Origin: Candidatus Krumholzibacteriia bacterium
GTDB taxonomy: Bacteria > Krumholzibacteriota > Krumholzibacteriia > JAJRXK01
Assembly (NCBI GenBank): GCA_041484665.1
Contig: JBGPIA010000001.1
Coordinates: 96,001 to 160,000 of the forward strand
Direction of reading: 5' to 3'
DNA length: 64,000 nucleotides
Under the pieces are notes generated by a model, which saw only the letters and a list, made by a program, of their open reading frames with translations, did no database searches and was not told where the DNA came from. Position numbers and translations under genes: made by a program. Positions 49,913 through 59,943 of this stretch are shown here, piece by piece. The first letter of the stretch is position 1. Each line of letters starts with the position of its first letter.

Positions 49913-50328
49913 CTCGAACCTGACCTCAGCCGGTCCCCCCGGACCGTGCCTGCCCATAGCGCAGCCGGCGTGCCTCGGCAGCGGCCCGACGGGCGACGAC
50001 CCCATAACTTTCGTAATGGGATTTGTTTAGAGACTTTCCCGCAGTAAGAGCTTCAACCCAGACGGCGCTGAATCGGTGGGTCCACACCCGCGACGCTGGC
50101 GGAGTTTCCCCCGCTCCCGCCGCGGGACAGCCCCCGGCGGCCGGCGCAGGGTGGTCGAGGTGCAAGCGCGGTCCCCGCTGCCGCGAAATGCCCTCTAGTG
50201 GCGGCGCCGGGTGATCCACCGAGCCGGCGGCCACCGGTCGGGCGGGCCGGCGCGCCAGGTTCGGACGCAACGCGCGCCAGCCGGAACGGTCAACCGCGCG
50301 GCCCACCCGGGCCGCGCGCCCAGTGACC

Positions 50329-51315
50329 TCAGCCCGGTAGATCCCCGGTCCGAGCGACCAGGGGCAGGTGGGGGCGCAGCTGCTCGGCCCAGGCTCCCAG
50401 CGTCGTCATGGGAAGCGACGCCAGCGCGCGGGTCAACTTGCCATGCAGGTCCCGCTTGCCGCCCTGGCTGCGCAGGTTCTGCAGCGCCCCGAGATCGACG
50501 TCGGGCAGGTAGGGGTCGAGCTCCCACGGGTGGAAGTAGAAGATGACCGGCTCGCGCTGCCCGCCCCGCACCCGCCGCGCGCAGGCACGCAACACGGGGA
50601 GCGGTAGCAGGCGGAAGTAGCCCCCGCCCGAGAAGGCGAGGTTGGTGCGGGCGACGCGCAGGGTCGTCATCGGCAACACGAGCAATCCGTCCTCGCGGCG
50701 GGGGCCCAGGATGAACGGCTCGCGCGGGCCCCGCGGATTGCCGTAGCGCGGATGGCGCACCGGAAACAGGCTGCTGTCGATGCGGAAGCCCTCTTCGCGC
50801 AGGACCTCCAGCGCCCAGTAATTGCGCCGCACGATCGTGAAGCTCGCAGCCCGGAACGCCACGGGTGCGCGCCCGCACGCCGTCCCGACGGCGTCCCGGC
50901 CGCGGCGCGTGTCGGCGCGGAACTGCTCGGGGGTCTGCTCGTAGGCCACGGGGTGGGCGTAGGTGTGGCAGCCGATCTCATGCCCGGCCGCTGCGATCCG
51001 GCGTACGATCCCCGGCTCGCGCTCCGCGAGCCAGCCGAGGATGAACCAGGTGGCCGCGATCCGCAGTTCGTCGCACAACGCCAGCAGCCGGTCCACGCCT
51101 TCGTGCGCGCGGCGGGCGCGTCCCTCCCAGCTCGCCGCGTCCACCTTCGCGGCATAGTTGTGCGCGTGGAACCACTCCTCCACGTCCAGGGTGAGGATGC
51201 ATGGCGGTGCTCCGCCGCCGGCGGCGGAGAGCGGCTCGCGCACGAGCGGCTCCGCCGCCGCACGCTGCGACGAGAGCGGCGAAGGCTGAGCTGGAGGCGG
51301 CGAGGATCCGCTCAC
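50329..51315 (-). CDS. Polysaccharide deacetylase with DUF3473 (XrtA/PEP-CTERM locus type)
   Basis: LTLDVEEWFH, ATWFILGW, GHEIGCH, FRAASF, DSS.FP, GGGYFRLLP, FYFHPWELDP. Confidence 0.9.
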   Translation of the reverse strand: MSGSSPPPAQPSPLSSQRAAAEPLVREPLSAAGGGAPPCILTLDVEEWFHAHNYAAKVDAASWEGRARRAHEGVDRLLALCDELRIAATWFILGWLAEREPGIVRRIAAAGHEIGCHTYAHPVAYEQTPEQFRADTRRGRDAVGTACGRAPVAFRAASFTIVRRNYWALEVLREEGFRIDSSLFPVRHPRYGNPRGPREPFILGPRREDGLLVLPMTTLRVARTNLAFSGGGYFRLLPLPVLRACARRVRGGQREPVIFYFHPWELDPYLPDVDLGALQNLRSQGGKRDLHGKLTRALASLPMTTLGAWAEQLRPHLPLVARTGDLPG

Positions 51316-52544
51316 GGTGCACCTTGCGCCACGCCGGCGCTGCGGCTGGCGGCGGCGCGCTCGAGCAAGGCGGCGAGCTGCCGCGCCGAGGCCTCCCAGC
51401 TGTGGAAGCGTCGCACCATGTCCACGCCGGCGTCTGCCTGGGCGCGGGCCGACTGTGGATCGACAATGAGCTCCACCACCGCGGAGGCGAAGCTCCGCGC
51501 GTCGTCCGCAACCCGCACGTGGGGGCCGCGCGGCTCACCGAGCCCCCGTGTGGCCAGCGACGAGGCAACCACGGGCAACGAGGCCGCCATCGCCTCGATC
51601 ACCTTCGTCTGCGTCCCTTGCGCCACGCGCATCGGAACGACGGCCACGCTCGCCTCCCACAGATAGGTGCGCGCGTCCTCGACCCAGCCCGTCACGCGGA
51701 TCCCCGGCCGGCTCGCCAGTGCCTTCACGCGCGCGGACGGATGCGCTCCGACCACGACGAACTGCGCTGTCGGCAGCTGCAGGCGCACCAGCGGGAGGAT
51801 GTCATTGGCGAAATGGACCACGGCGTCGACGTTGGGTTCGTGGTCCATTGCGCCCACGAACACCATGCGCGGCGGGTCCGCTTTGCGCACGATCTGGGGC
51901 CGGGTGAAGTAGCCCTCGTCGGCCCCGACGCTGAGCGCCTCCGCCGGCAGCCCCGGCGCGACCTTGGCCTGGAAGATCGCGACCTCGGCCTCGCTCACGA
52001 AGACGCTGCAGAAGGCGGCCTGGGCCGTCGCGCGCTCGAACGCCGCCAGACGATGGTGCTCGCGGGCGTAGATCAACCGCATGGGCGAGTGCGTGTAGCG
52101 GGCGACCTGGGCCCACTTCTCGCTGTCGACGTCGATGAAGTCCATGACCGCGGGCAGTCCGCTCTGCGCTCGCAGCGCCAGCCAGTACGGCGCCATCGAG
52201 CTGCTGCAGACGTACGCGACGTCGAAGCGGACCGCGTTCGCCCATGCCCGCAGCTGGTGGCCGAGCATCGGATGGTGGAACCAGCCCAGGGTCAGGGGCT
52301 CACGCGCGAGCAGACTGTGGGCCGCGCCGGCGTAGCGGCGCAGCGGGCTCAGTCTGAACACAGCGTGGGCCTCGCAGAAGCCGGCCAGACCGGCGTGGGT
52401 CTGCTCCTCGGTGCCACTGTCGTCGACGCACCCCAGCCAGATCTCGTGCTCGCGGGCCAGGCGCGAGAGCAGGTTGAAGCTGCGGATGCGGTCGCCCTTG
52501 TTGGGCGGCAGCGGCGTGCGGTGGGTGATGGCGAGGATGTTCAT
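51312..52544 (-). CDS. GT4 glycosyltransferase, TIGR03087-like (XrtA system)
   Basis: HRTPLPPNKGDRIRSFN, SSSMAPY, DFIDVDSEKW, GAMDHEPNVDA, KVIEAMA. Confidence 0.9.
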   Translation of the reverse strand: MNILAITHRTPLPPNKGDRIRSFNLLSRLAREHEIWLGCVDDSGTEEQTHAGLAGFCEAHAVFRLSPLRRYAGAAHSLLAREPLTLGWFHHPMLGHQLRAWANAVRFDVAYVCSSSMAPYWLALRAQSGLPAVMDFIDVDSEKWAQVARYTHSPMRLIYAREHHRLAAFERATAQAAFCSVFVSEAEVAIFQAKVAPGLPAEALSVGADEGYFTRPQIVRKADPPRMVFVGAMDHEPNVDAVVHFANDILPLVRLQLPTAQFVVVGAHPSARVKALASRPGIRVTGWVEDARTYLWEASVAVVPMRVAQGTQTKVIEAMAASLPVVASSLATRGLGEPRGPHVRVADDARSFASAVVELIVDPQSARAQADAGVDMVRRFHSWEASARQLAALLERAAASRSAGVAQGAP

Positions 52545-52933
52545 GGGTGGGCTCCGGCGTCGGCGCGGGCTCCGCAGGGCAAACGCCCGTCGAGCCGGGT
52601 CGCGGGCCGCACACTCAGCGCAACGGGCGACCGGTGCGACGCGATCCCGGCCAGCGCGCGACGCGTGAGGTCGGCGGTTGGATCCGCCACAGCCTCCCCA
52701 TCCGCCCTCAGGGACTCCCCGTGGAGGAGTCCCCCGCTCGGGCCCGACTGGCCCCTCATTCTGTACGTGCCCCACTCCTTCGTCGAGCGGCCGGAATCGG
52801 ACTCGCACAGTCGCACGGCGATCGAGGCCTTCGGCAGCTGGTGCTCGAGCATCGTGAGCGGCGCGAGTCCGCGCTGCTCACGAAGGCTGGCGCCGATCGG
52901 GACCCGCCGACGCTGATGATAGCTCAGGGTCAC
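52541..52933 (-). CDS. Hypothetical 130-aa protein
   Basis: Fills the gap exactly, with 4-nt start/stop overlaps at both ends; no recognisable motif. Confidence 0.4.
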   Translation of the reverse strand: MTLSYHQRRRVPIGASLREQRGLAPLTMLEHQLPKASIAVRLCESDSGRSTKEWGTYRMRGQSGPSGGLLHGESLRADGEAVADPTADLTRRALAGIASHRSPVALSVRPATRLDGRLPCGARADAGAHP

Positions 52934-54147
52934 GGCTGTGGACTATGTGACAGATCCTCACGCGACGCGGCCACCCCGGCCTGCGCCGGACGCGGCGAGG
53001 AGAGGTAGGGTGCCGCAACCCGATCGTAGAGCGCGGCCATCCGCTGCGCGTATAGCGCGCTGGCGAACTCCCCACGCGCGCTCCGGCCCCCGGCCTCACC
53101 CATGGCCCGGCGCCTCTGCGGATCGGCCAACAGCACATCGATGGCGGCCGCGAGCGCAGGGGCATCTTCCGCGGCGACGAGCATCCCGTCCACTCCGTCG
53201 CGGATGACCTCGGGGATGCCGCCCACACGCGCGGCGATCACGGGGACGCCGCACGCCATCGCCTCGATCAGCACCCGGCCGAAGGGCTCCACCCGCGACG
53301 GGCACAGCACGAGATCGAAGGCGCCCAGCAGCTGCGCGGCGTCGCGGCGGTAGCCCGTGAACGCGACGTGCGCGGCGATCCCCAGCCCCAGGGCCATGCG
53401 CTGGAGGATTGCCGCGTACTCGCCGTGCATCTGCGTGTCCTCCCCCACCACCGCCAGACGCACAGCCCGGCCACGCTTGCGCAGCGTCGCCACCGCCTCC
53501 AGCGAAAGGTCGATGCCCTTGATCGGGATCACCTGCCCCAGCTGCCCCAGCAGCAGCTCGTCGTCGCGCACGCCCAGCTCCTGCCGCAGGGCGAGCCGCC
53601 GCTGCGGCGGCAGAGCAGGGGGCGGATCGGTACCGTCGAGGATCACGGTGGCGGCGGCCCATCCGACTTGCGCGCGCAGGGATGCGCTGTTGAACACGAC
53701 GGCATCGGCCAGCGGCAGTCCCTGCCGGCGCAGGAACCGCCGGTCGCACGCGATGCGCACGTGCACGACGCACGGCAGGCGGCATAGGCGCGCGGCCGCG
53801 ATGAACGCCGGCGCCTCCATGGGACTGTTGACGTGCACCAAGTCCACTTGGGCACGGCGCAGCGCCCGCGTGACGCGCGCGATGCGCGCAAGCAGCTTTG
53901 CCGGGCGCCGCCAGTCGAGCATCCCCCCTTCCGACCGCACGCACGGCAGCCCGCGCTCCTGCGCTTGCAGCTCCAGCTCCCCGGGCTCGGTGATCCACAG
54001 CTGCGCGGTGTAGGGAGGAGGCAAGGCCCTCGCCAGCGACAAGAAGCTCACCTCTCCACCCGTAACGCACGCCCCACGAGCCACCAGAGCCACCCGAAGC
54101 ACTGCTGCCTCGGTTGAGTCGGGGAATGCTCTCATCGTCGTGTTCAT
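52930..54147 (-). CDS. GT4 family glycosyltransferase
   Basis: GGEVS, PSRVEPFGRVLIEAMACGVPVIA..GGIPE. Confidence 0.88.
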   Translation of the reverse strand: MNTTMRAFPDSTEAAVLRVALVARGACVTGGEVSFLSLARALPPPYTAQLWITEPGELELQAQERGLPCVRSEGGMLDWRRPAKLLARIARVTRALRRAQVDLVHVNSPMEAPAFIAAARLCRLPCVVHVRIACDRRFLRRQGLPLADAVVFNSASLRAQVGWAAATVILDGTDPPPALPPQRRLALRQELGVRDDELLLGQLGQVIPIKGIDLSLEAVATLRKRGRAVRLAVVGEDTQMHGEYAAILQRMALGLGIAAHVAFTGYRRDAAQLLGAFDLVLCPSRVEPFGRVLIEAMACGVPVIAARVGGIPEVIRDGVDGMLVAAEDAPALAAAIDVLLADPQRRRAMGEAGGRSARGEFASALYAQRMAALYDRVAAPYLSSPRPAQAGVAASREDLSHSPQP

Positions 54148-54359
54148 GGGGAGCCACCGCCGGCGATCGCCAAGGGGGAGGCCCGGGCGTGCACGCCGGG
54201 ACCGATCAGCGAATCGCGATCCTACCGCCCACCACCCCACGGCGCGCGCCCGCGGCCACAACGGGGGGCCGCCGCCGTGCGCGCCGGCGCGGCTGCGCGG
54301 CCCCGCCGCGGCTCCCGACCACGGGGGCGATTGCCTCGGCAACGCTCGGGAGCCACGCG

Positions 54360-54647
54360 CTAGCCGGATCGGATGCGGAAGCCGCTTCCGAGGTCCTCGG
54401 CGGGGGTGACCCAGTGGATCAGGACGGCATCGACACGCGAGGAGGGCGGCCCGATGTGGCACCAGGCCACCAGCGACTCCAGGGCCTCCCGCTCTCCCTG
54501 GGCCACGATGAAGACGTCTCCCGCGGGCTCATTGCGCACCCACCCGCGCAGGCACAGGCGACGGGCGGTGTCTGCCGCATGCCAACGGAATCCCACTCCC
54601 TGCACCCTGCCCCGGATCGTCAGCTCGACGCGCGCAAGGTCACCCAA
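54360..54647 (-). CDS. acyP: Acylphosphatase
   Basis: GRVQGVGFR, GWVRN, GPPSSRV. Confidence 0.92.
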   Translation of the reverse strand: MGDLARVELTIRGRVQGVGFRWHAADTARRLCLRGWVRNEPAGDVFIVAQGEREALESLVAWCHIGPPSSRVDAVLIHWVTPAEDLGSGFRIRSG

Positions 54648-54950
54648 GAAGACCTCCCGCCTCGCCCCCGGCCGGCCCGAGCCGGAGCGGGCGCGCCGTA
54701 GAGTAGCGCCGGGCCTCCTCCAGAGCCAGACGTTGTGCGGATGAGCACAGCCCCTCTCCCAAGAGCAGGTCGCGCAAGTGGGGCTGCCTGCGGCCGGCGA
54801 CGCAAGTGCTCGGCTTCGAGCGAGGCAGCCGACGGCGGGGGATCCCGGGGTGGCGGTTGGCGGGTGGCGGCCTGGAGGCTAGACTGGTCGCCATCGCCGG
54901 GCGGCCTCGCGGCGCCATGGCAAGCGATCACCCCCGGAAGGAGGCGCGAC

Positions 54951-55763
54951 GTGGATCCCCATGCCGACACCCTCAGAGACCGCTGGGCCCTGATCCTGGG
55001 GGCGAGCAGTGGTTTCGGAGAGGCTACTGCCCGCCACCTGGCCACGCGGGGGATGCACATCTTCGGAGTCCACCTGGACCGCCGGGCCACTCTCGATCAC
55101 GTGGGAGAGGTGAAGGCTGCCATCCAGGCCGCCGGCCGTCAGGCCTTCTTCGTCAATATCAACGCGGCCGACGACGAGGCGCGCGAGCAGGCCCTCGATC
55201 AGTTCGTCGCACAGCTGGGCGAGAAGGCCCCGCGCAGCCTCAAGCTCCTGATGCACTCGCTGGCCTTCGGGACGCTGAAGCCGTATGTGGACGAGGAGGG
55301 GCGCGCCGACCTCAATCGCAAGAACCTCGAGATGACCGTGGACGTCATGGCCCACAGCCTCGTGTACTGGGCTCAGGCCATCGTCAGCCGGCGTCTGATG
55401 GGTGAAGGCGGGCGCATCTTCGCCATGACCAGCAGCGGCGGCACCCGCGCGATCCGGACCTACGGCGCCGTCTCCAGCGCGAAGGCCGCCCTCGAGAGCC
55501 ACATCCGACAGCTGGCCTACGAGCTTGCGCCGTTCGGCATCCGCGCCAACGCCATCCGCGCCGGCGTCACCGATACGCCTGCCCTGCGTAAGATCCCCGG
55601 CCACGAGCAGCTGCTGAGCGAAGCGGCGCGCAAGAACCCGACTGGCCGCCTCACGACCCCTGCGGACGTGGCAGGGGCGATCGCCGCCCTCTCCGGGCCC
55701 GGCACCGACTTCATCAACGGCAACGTGATCGGCGTCGACGGCGGCGAGGACGTCGTGGGGTAG
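54951..55763 (+). CDS. SDR oxidoreductase, enoyl-ACP reductase (FabL/FabI-like)
   Basis: AAGGAGG RBS; ILGASSGFG, YGAVSSAKAALE, NAIRAGVTDTPAL. Confidence 0.85.
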   Translation: MDPHADTLRDRWALILGASSGFGEATARHLATRGMHIFGVHLDRRATLDHVGEVKAAIQAAGRQAFFVNINAADDEAREQALDQFVAQLGEKAPRSLKLLMHSLAFGTLKPYVDEEGRADLNRKNLEMTVDVMAHSLVYWAQAIVSRRLMGEGGRIFAMTSSGGTRAIRTYGAVSSAKAALESHIRQLAYELAPFGIRANAIRAGVTDTPALRKIPGHEQLLSEAARKNPTGRLTTPADVAGAIAALSGPGTDFINGNVIGVDGGEDVVG

Positions 55764-55878
55764 CGCGCAGCGCGGTCCTGCCCATTGCCGCCCAGCGCTG
55801 CCCGCGCGACGGTGCGCGGCGGCTGGGTGGCCGCGCCAGGCCGGGCGCGGAAGCTCCCGGGCGGCCCGCGCGCGCGGG

Positions 55879-56253
55879 TTACAGCGCGCGCCCCGCGAGG
55901 AACCCCAGCACGAAGCCCAGCAGCACGCTCCAGGCGATGACGCGGGCGCGCATGACCTCGACCCTCTCGCCGCGTTTGAGCGCGATGAAGGTCACGAGCC
56001 ACGTCAGCCCGTTGATCACCAGCACGAGCGGCAAAGTGATCACCTGCGCGATCACGGGCCCCACGCCCGGCACCAGAGCGATCAGCCCGACCAGGGCCGT
56101 GAACGCCTTGGTGACCAGCCCGACGATCAGCAGCACGAGGGCGACCAGGCTCTTGTCTGCCTGCAGGTGCAGCAGGACCGCGGCCAGAGCCAGCAGCAGC
56201 ACCACCAGCCCTGCCGCGCGCAGGCGCGGGTGCTGGATCAACACGTGGGTCAT
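55879..56253 (-). CDS. Hypothetical membrane protein
   Basis: About 4 hydrophobic segments; fills the intergenic gap. Confidence 0.65.
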   Translation of the reverse strand: MTHVLIQHPRLRAAGLVVLLLALAAVLLHLQADKSLVALVLLIVGLVTKAFTALVGLIALVPGVGPVIAQVITLPLVLVINGLTWLVTFIALKRGERVEVMRARVIAWSVLLGFVLGFLAGRAL

Positions 56254-56287
56254 GCGCATGCCGCGAGCTTAGTCCGGCGAGGCCGGT

Positions 56288-56316
56288 TTGACACTGCCCA
56301 AGGCGGTTGATAGCAT
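56288..56316 (+). promoter_or_regulatory. sigma70 promoter for the aldehyde dehydrogenase operon
   Basis: TTGACA-N17-TAGCAT. Confidence 0.7.
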
Positions 56317-56456
56317 GCCCGTGTTGCGGCCGCGGCGCGCGGCCGTGCCCCGTGGTCCTGGCCGGTGGCCACGGCCCGCAGGCGGACCGGCGCGGCATTG
56401 CGGCTGCGCGCCACGCCGGCGACGCGATCCCACCATTCCACCACCCGAGGAAATCC

Positions 56457-57926
56457 ATGGCCGAACCCGCGACCCTGCTGGAGCGCTTCCGCCCCGGGCT
56501 CCCGTTCATCGACGGCCAGTACGTCCAGCCGCAATCCAAGGAGAGTTTCTCCTCGATCAATCCCGCGTCCGGCAAGGCGCAGTGCGAGATCGCCGCGGCC
56601 GGACCCGCCGATGTCGACCGCGCGGTGGCGGCGGCGCGCAAGGCCTTCGATGAGGGGCCTTGGGGGAAGATGGCTGCGGCCGACCGCGGGCGCCGGCTGC
56701 TGAAGCTCGCCGACCTGATCGAGGCCAACGCGCAGGAGCTGGGGCTGCTCGAAACGCTGGACACGGGCAAGACGATCTTCGATTCGAGTCGCATCGAGAT
56801 CCCCTTCGCGGCGGCGCTGTACCGCTACTTTGCCGGCTGGGCGGACAAGATCCAGGGCGCCACCCTCCCCACGCGCGCGGGGTTCGTCTATACGCTGCGG
56901 CAGCCCGTGGGCGTCGTCGGGTTGATCACGCCCTGGAACTTCCCGTTCCTGCTGGCGTCGTGGAAGCTGAGCGCGGCGCTGGCCGCCGGCTGCACGGCGC
57001 TCCTCAAGCCCGCGCAGCTCTCTAGCCTCACCGCGCTGCGCCTGGGGTACCTTCTGGCGGAGGCGGACATCCCGCCCGGCGTGGTGAACGTCCTGCCCGG
57101 GCGCGGTTCGGTGGTCGGACAGGCGATGGCGGTCCATCCTGGCATCGACAAGCTCGCCTTCACCGGATCGACCGCGGTCGGCAAGCAGCTCATGGCGCAG
57201 GCCGCCGGCAGCGTCAAGCGCATCAGCCTCGAGCTGGGCGGCAAGTCGCCCAACATCATCTTCGAGGATGCCGATCTGCAGGCCGCGCTCAAGGGTGCGT
57301 TCACCGGCATCTTCTACAACAAGGGCGAGGTCTGCGCGGCGGGCAGCCGGCTCTTGATCCAGCGCTCGATCTACGAGCCGGCGGTTGCCCAGCTGGCCGA
57401 GCGCGCCAGCGCAACCGTGGTGGGCAACCCGCTGGAGAAGACCACGCGCATGGGCCCTCTGATCAGCGACGAGCAGCTGCGCTCGGTGCTGGGTTACATC
57501 GAGGCCGGCCAGCGCGAGGGCGCGCAGCTGGTGGCGGGCGGCCAACGCATCCTGCAGGAGACCGGTGGCTACTTCGTGCAACCCACGGTGTTCACGGGCG
57601 TGCGCAACGACATGAAGATCGCCCGCGAGGAGATCTTCGGGCCGGTCGTGGCGTGCATCCCCTTCGAGGATGAGGCCGACGCGATCCGCATCGCCAACGA
57701 CACGGTGTACGGGCTGGCGGCCGGCGTCTGGACACGCAGCGTGGCGCGGGCCCACCGCGTGGCGCGCGCTCTGGCCGCCGGGACGGTGTGGATCAACACC
57801 TACAACCTCTACGACCCGTCGGCTCCCTTCGGCGGCCTCAAGCAGAGCGGGTTCGGCCGCGAGCTGGGCCAGGAAGGGCTGCTCCCGTACACCGAAACCA
57901 AGACCGTCTGGACCGACCTGGAGTAA
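56457..57926 (+). CDS. NAD-dependent aldehyde dehydrogenase
   Basis: ITPWNFP, FTGSTAVG, LELGGKSP, GEVCAAGSR, EEIFGPV, PFGGLKQSGFGRE. Confidence 0.96.
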   Translation: MAEPATLLERFRPGLPFIDGQYVQPQSKESFSSINPASGKAQCEIAAAGPADVDRAVAAARKAFDEGPWGKMAAADRGRRLLKLADLIEANAQELGLLETLDTGKTIFDSSRIEIPFAAALYRYFAGWADKIQGATLPTRAGFVYTLRQPVGVVGLITPWNFPFLLASWKLSAALAAGCTALLKPAQLSSLTALRLGYLLAEADIPPGVVNVLPGRGSVVGQAMAVHPGIDKLAFTGSTAVGKQLMAQAAGSVKRISLELGGKSPNIIFEDADLQAALKGAFTGIFYNKGEVCAAGSRLLIQRSIYEPAVAQLAERASATVVGNPLEKTTRMGPLISDEQLRSVLGYIEAGQREGAQLVAGGQRILQETGGYFVQPTVFTGVRNDMKIAREEIFGPVVACIPFEDEADAIRIANDTVYGLAAGVWTRSVARAHRVARALAAGTVWINTYNLYDPSAPFGGLKQSGFGRELGQEGLLPYTETKTVWTDLE

Positions 57927-57966
57927 TCCCCGGGCTGCCGCAGCCCCTTGCCGCAGGGAGTCGCCG

Positions 57967-58788
57967 ATGCCGCTTGCGTTCGAGAACATCGTGTTGGAGG
58001 TCCAGGACGGCGTGGCGTGGATCACGCTCAACCGCCCCGAGCAGCTCAATGCCTTCGCCGACGAGATGCGCGAGGAGTTGCTGCAGGCCATCCTCGCCGT
58101 GCAGGAGGACGACGCCGCGCACGTGCTGGTGATCACCGGCGCGGGCCGCGCCTTCTGTGCGGGCGGGGACGTACGCACCATGGCGGCGCTCAAGGAGGAC
58201 AACGCCGGCTTCGAGCGGCTGCGGCCGCTGCTGGACGCCGGGCGGCGCGTGATCACGGTGCTGCACCAGCTCCCCAAGCCCGCCATCGCCATGGTCAACG
58301 GCGTGGCCGCAGGGGCCGGCTGCAATCTGGCCCTGGCCTGCGACCTGCGAGTTGCCAGCGACCAGGCGTCGTTCGCCGAGAGCTTCATCAGCATCGGGAT
58401 GCACCCCGACTGGGGCGGGACATTCTTCCTGCCGCGACTGGTGGGCACCGGCCGCGCGCTGGAAATGATGTGGACAGGCGAGCGCATCCACGCCGAGATG
58501 GCCGAGGAGATCGGGCTGGTGCACCAGGTCGTGCCGGCGGCGCATCTGCGCGAGCACACCGAGCGCCTCGCGCTGCGCCTGGCGCGGGCGCCGCGCACGG
58601 CGGTTCGGCTGATCAAGCTCGCCGTCTACAACAGCCTGCACTACGACCTCGAGAGCATGCTCGACTACGAGAGCGAGGCGCAGTCGCAGTGCTGGAGCTC
58701 GACCGACTCCGCCGAGGGGATCGCCGCCTTCCTGGAGAAAAGGCCTCCCCAGTTCCATCAGGGTGAGGCCGGCCGCATGGAGTCGTGA
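57967..58788 (+). CDS. Enoyl-CoA hydratase/isomerase (PaaG-like)
   Basis: LNRPEQLNA, AFCAGGD, NGVAAGAGCNLALACD, GMHPDWGG (Asp-type). Confidence 0.9.
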   Translation: MPLAFENIVLEVQDGVAWITLNRPEQLNAFADEMREELLQAILAVQEDDAAHVLVITGAGRAFCAGGDVRTMAALKEDNAGFERLRPLLDAGRRVITVLHQLPKPAIAMVNGVAAGAGCNLALACDLRVASDQASFAESFISIGMHPDWGGTFFLPRLVGTGRALEMMWTGERIHAEMAEEIGLVHQVVPAAHLREHTERLALRLARAPRTAVRLIKLAVYNSLHYDLESMLDYESEAQSQCWSSTDSAEGIAAFLEKRPPQFHQGEAGRMES

Positions 58789-59124
58789 CGGCATCCGCCA
58801 CCGTCGGGCTCGCGCGCCTCGCAGGAACGCTCCCCTGCGAATCCTGATCGTCGCCTTGGCGACGTCTGCACGGTTCGCCCTCAGCGCATCCGCGTCCGGA
58901 CATCCCACGCTGAGCTCCCCCGAGCTCGAAGGACACGATGGGCTAAGGGTGTGGGACCCGCGCACGGCGTGGGTCGAGCTGCCATCGCGGGTCACGCAGG
59001 CGCCGGCTGGCTCGATCGTCGTGTCGGTGACCGGCATTGCCGGACGAGGGAGGCTTGTGGGCGAGGCCCGGAGGTAGTATCCTCCATGCAAGTCGCCCCT
59101 GACCCCCCACTCGGGAGGTCGAAC

Positions 59125-59898
59125 ATGCGACGTCCACTCGCGATGCGGCCGGTGATCTTGGCCGCCGCTGGGTTGTTCGCAACCCTCGCCTGCTCCTCCC
59201 CATTCTCGACCGCGTCGGCCTGGGGCCTCTACAAGGGCAACGGTCGACACCATTCCAAGGAAGCCCTGGAGGCGCTCGCGCATCCATGGCAGGCGCGGCT
59301 CAATCTGTCAGGCGGCCTCCATGGAGCCTCCGACGCGCTCGGTGATGGCTACCGGTACGTCTACCCTTACGGCTACGGCTCCTACGGGCACTTCTACAAC
59401 TACGACTTCTGGCGGCTGGGCGGCTACGTGCAGGCGGGGCTGGAAGTCCGGCTCCAGAACGGATTCAGCCTGGAGCCCTATGGGATGTTCCGCAAGGTCG
59501 ACAACACCGACAAGTCCCGGCCCGGCATGCATGGCTATGGCGCCGGTGGAGCGTTCGCTTCGATCCGCGATCATGTCGACATCGAGGCCTGGAGCGGCGG
59601 CCTCACGCTGCGCCGGTACGCCGAGCCCTGGTACGGCTCGGCCTGGTGGGGCGCCGGCGGAGGATTCGTGCACAGCAAGTCCGCACGCTGGGAGTGGAGC
59701 TACGGCTCCCCCCCGGCCTACAAGCTGGATCATCAGGACAACGCCCCCGAGGTCCACTTCGTGGTGGGCTGGGAGGCGAATATGCTGCCGTCGGCGACCA
59801 TCGGACTCGAGGTCGGCTATCGCTACACTTGGCTCGACACGTTCGACGACTTCAGCGGGCTGATTCTCGGCGCGCGTGTGGGCTTGTTGTTCCGGTAG
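59125..59898 (+). CDS. Outer-membrane beta-barrel protein
   Basis: GGGAGG RBS; signal peptide; alternating beta-strands; C-terminal LEVGYRY..FSGLILGARVGLLF. Confidence 0.7.
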   Translation: MRRPLAMRPVILAAAGLFATLACSSPFSTASAWGLYKGNGRHHSKEALEALAHPWQARLNLSGGLHGASDALGDGYRYVYPYGYGSYGHFYNYDFWRLGGYVQAGLEVRLQNGFSLEPYGMFRKVDNTDKSRPGMHGYGAGGAFASIRDHVDIEAWSGGLTLRRYAEPWYGSAWWGAGGGFVHSKSARWEWSYGSPPAYKLDHQDNAPEVHFVVGWEANMLPSATIGLEVGYRYTWLDTFDDFSGLILGARVGLLFR

Positions 59899-59943
59899 GG
59901 TCGGACGCGCGCCCTCACGTGCGGCATCAGAAGGAGATGGATC

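Noticed and set aside
49960..50045. c-di-GMP-I riboswitch upstream of pilX
   Set aside because: Only a GAAA-capped hairpin; the GACGCAAA junction and P3 arm are not recognisable
56250..58616. 788-aa antisense ORF (and many similar long overlapping ORFs, e.g. 33978-35603, 51201-52916)
   Set aside because: Shadow ORFs opposite well-supported genes; expected in very GC-rich DNA
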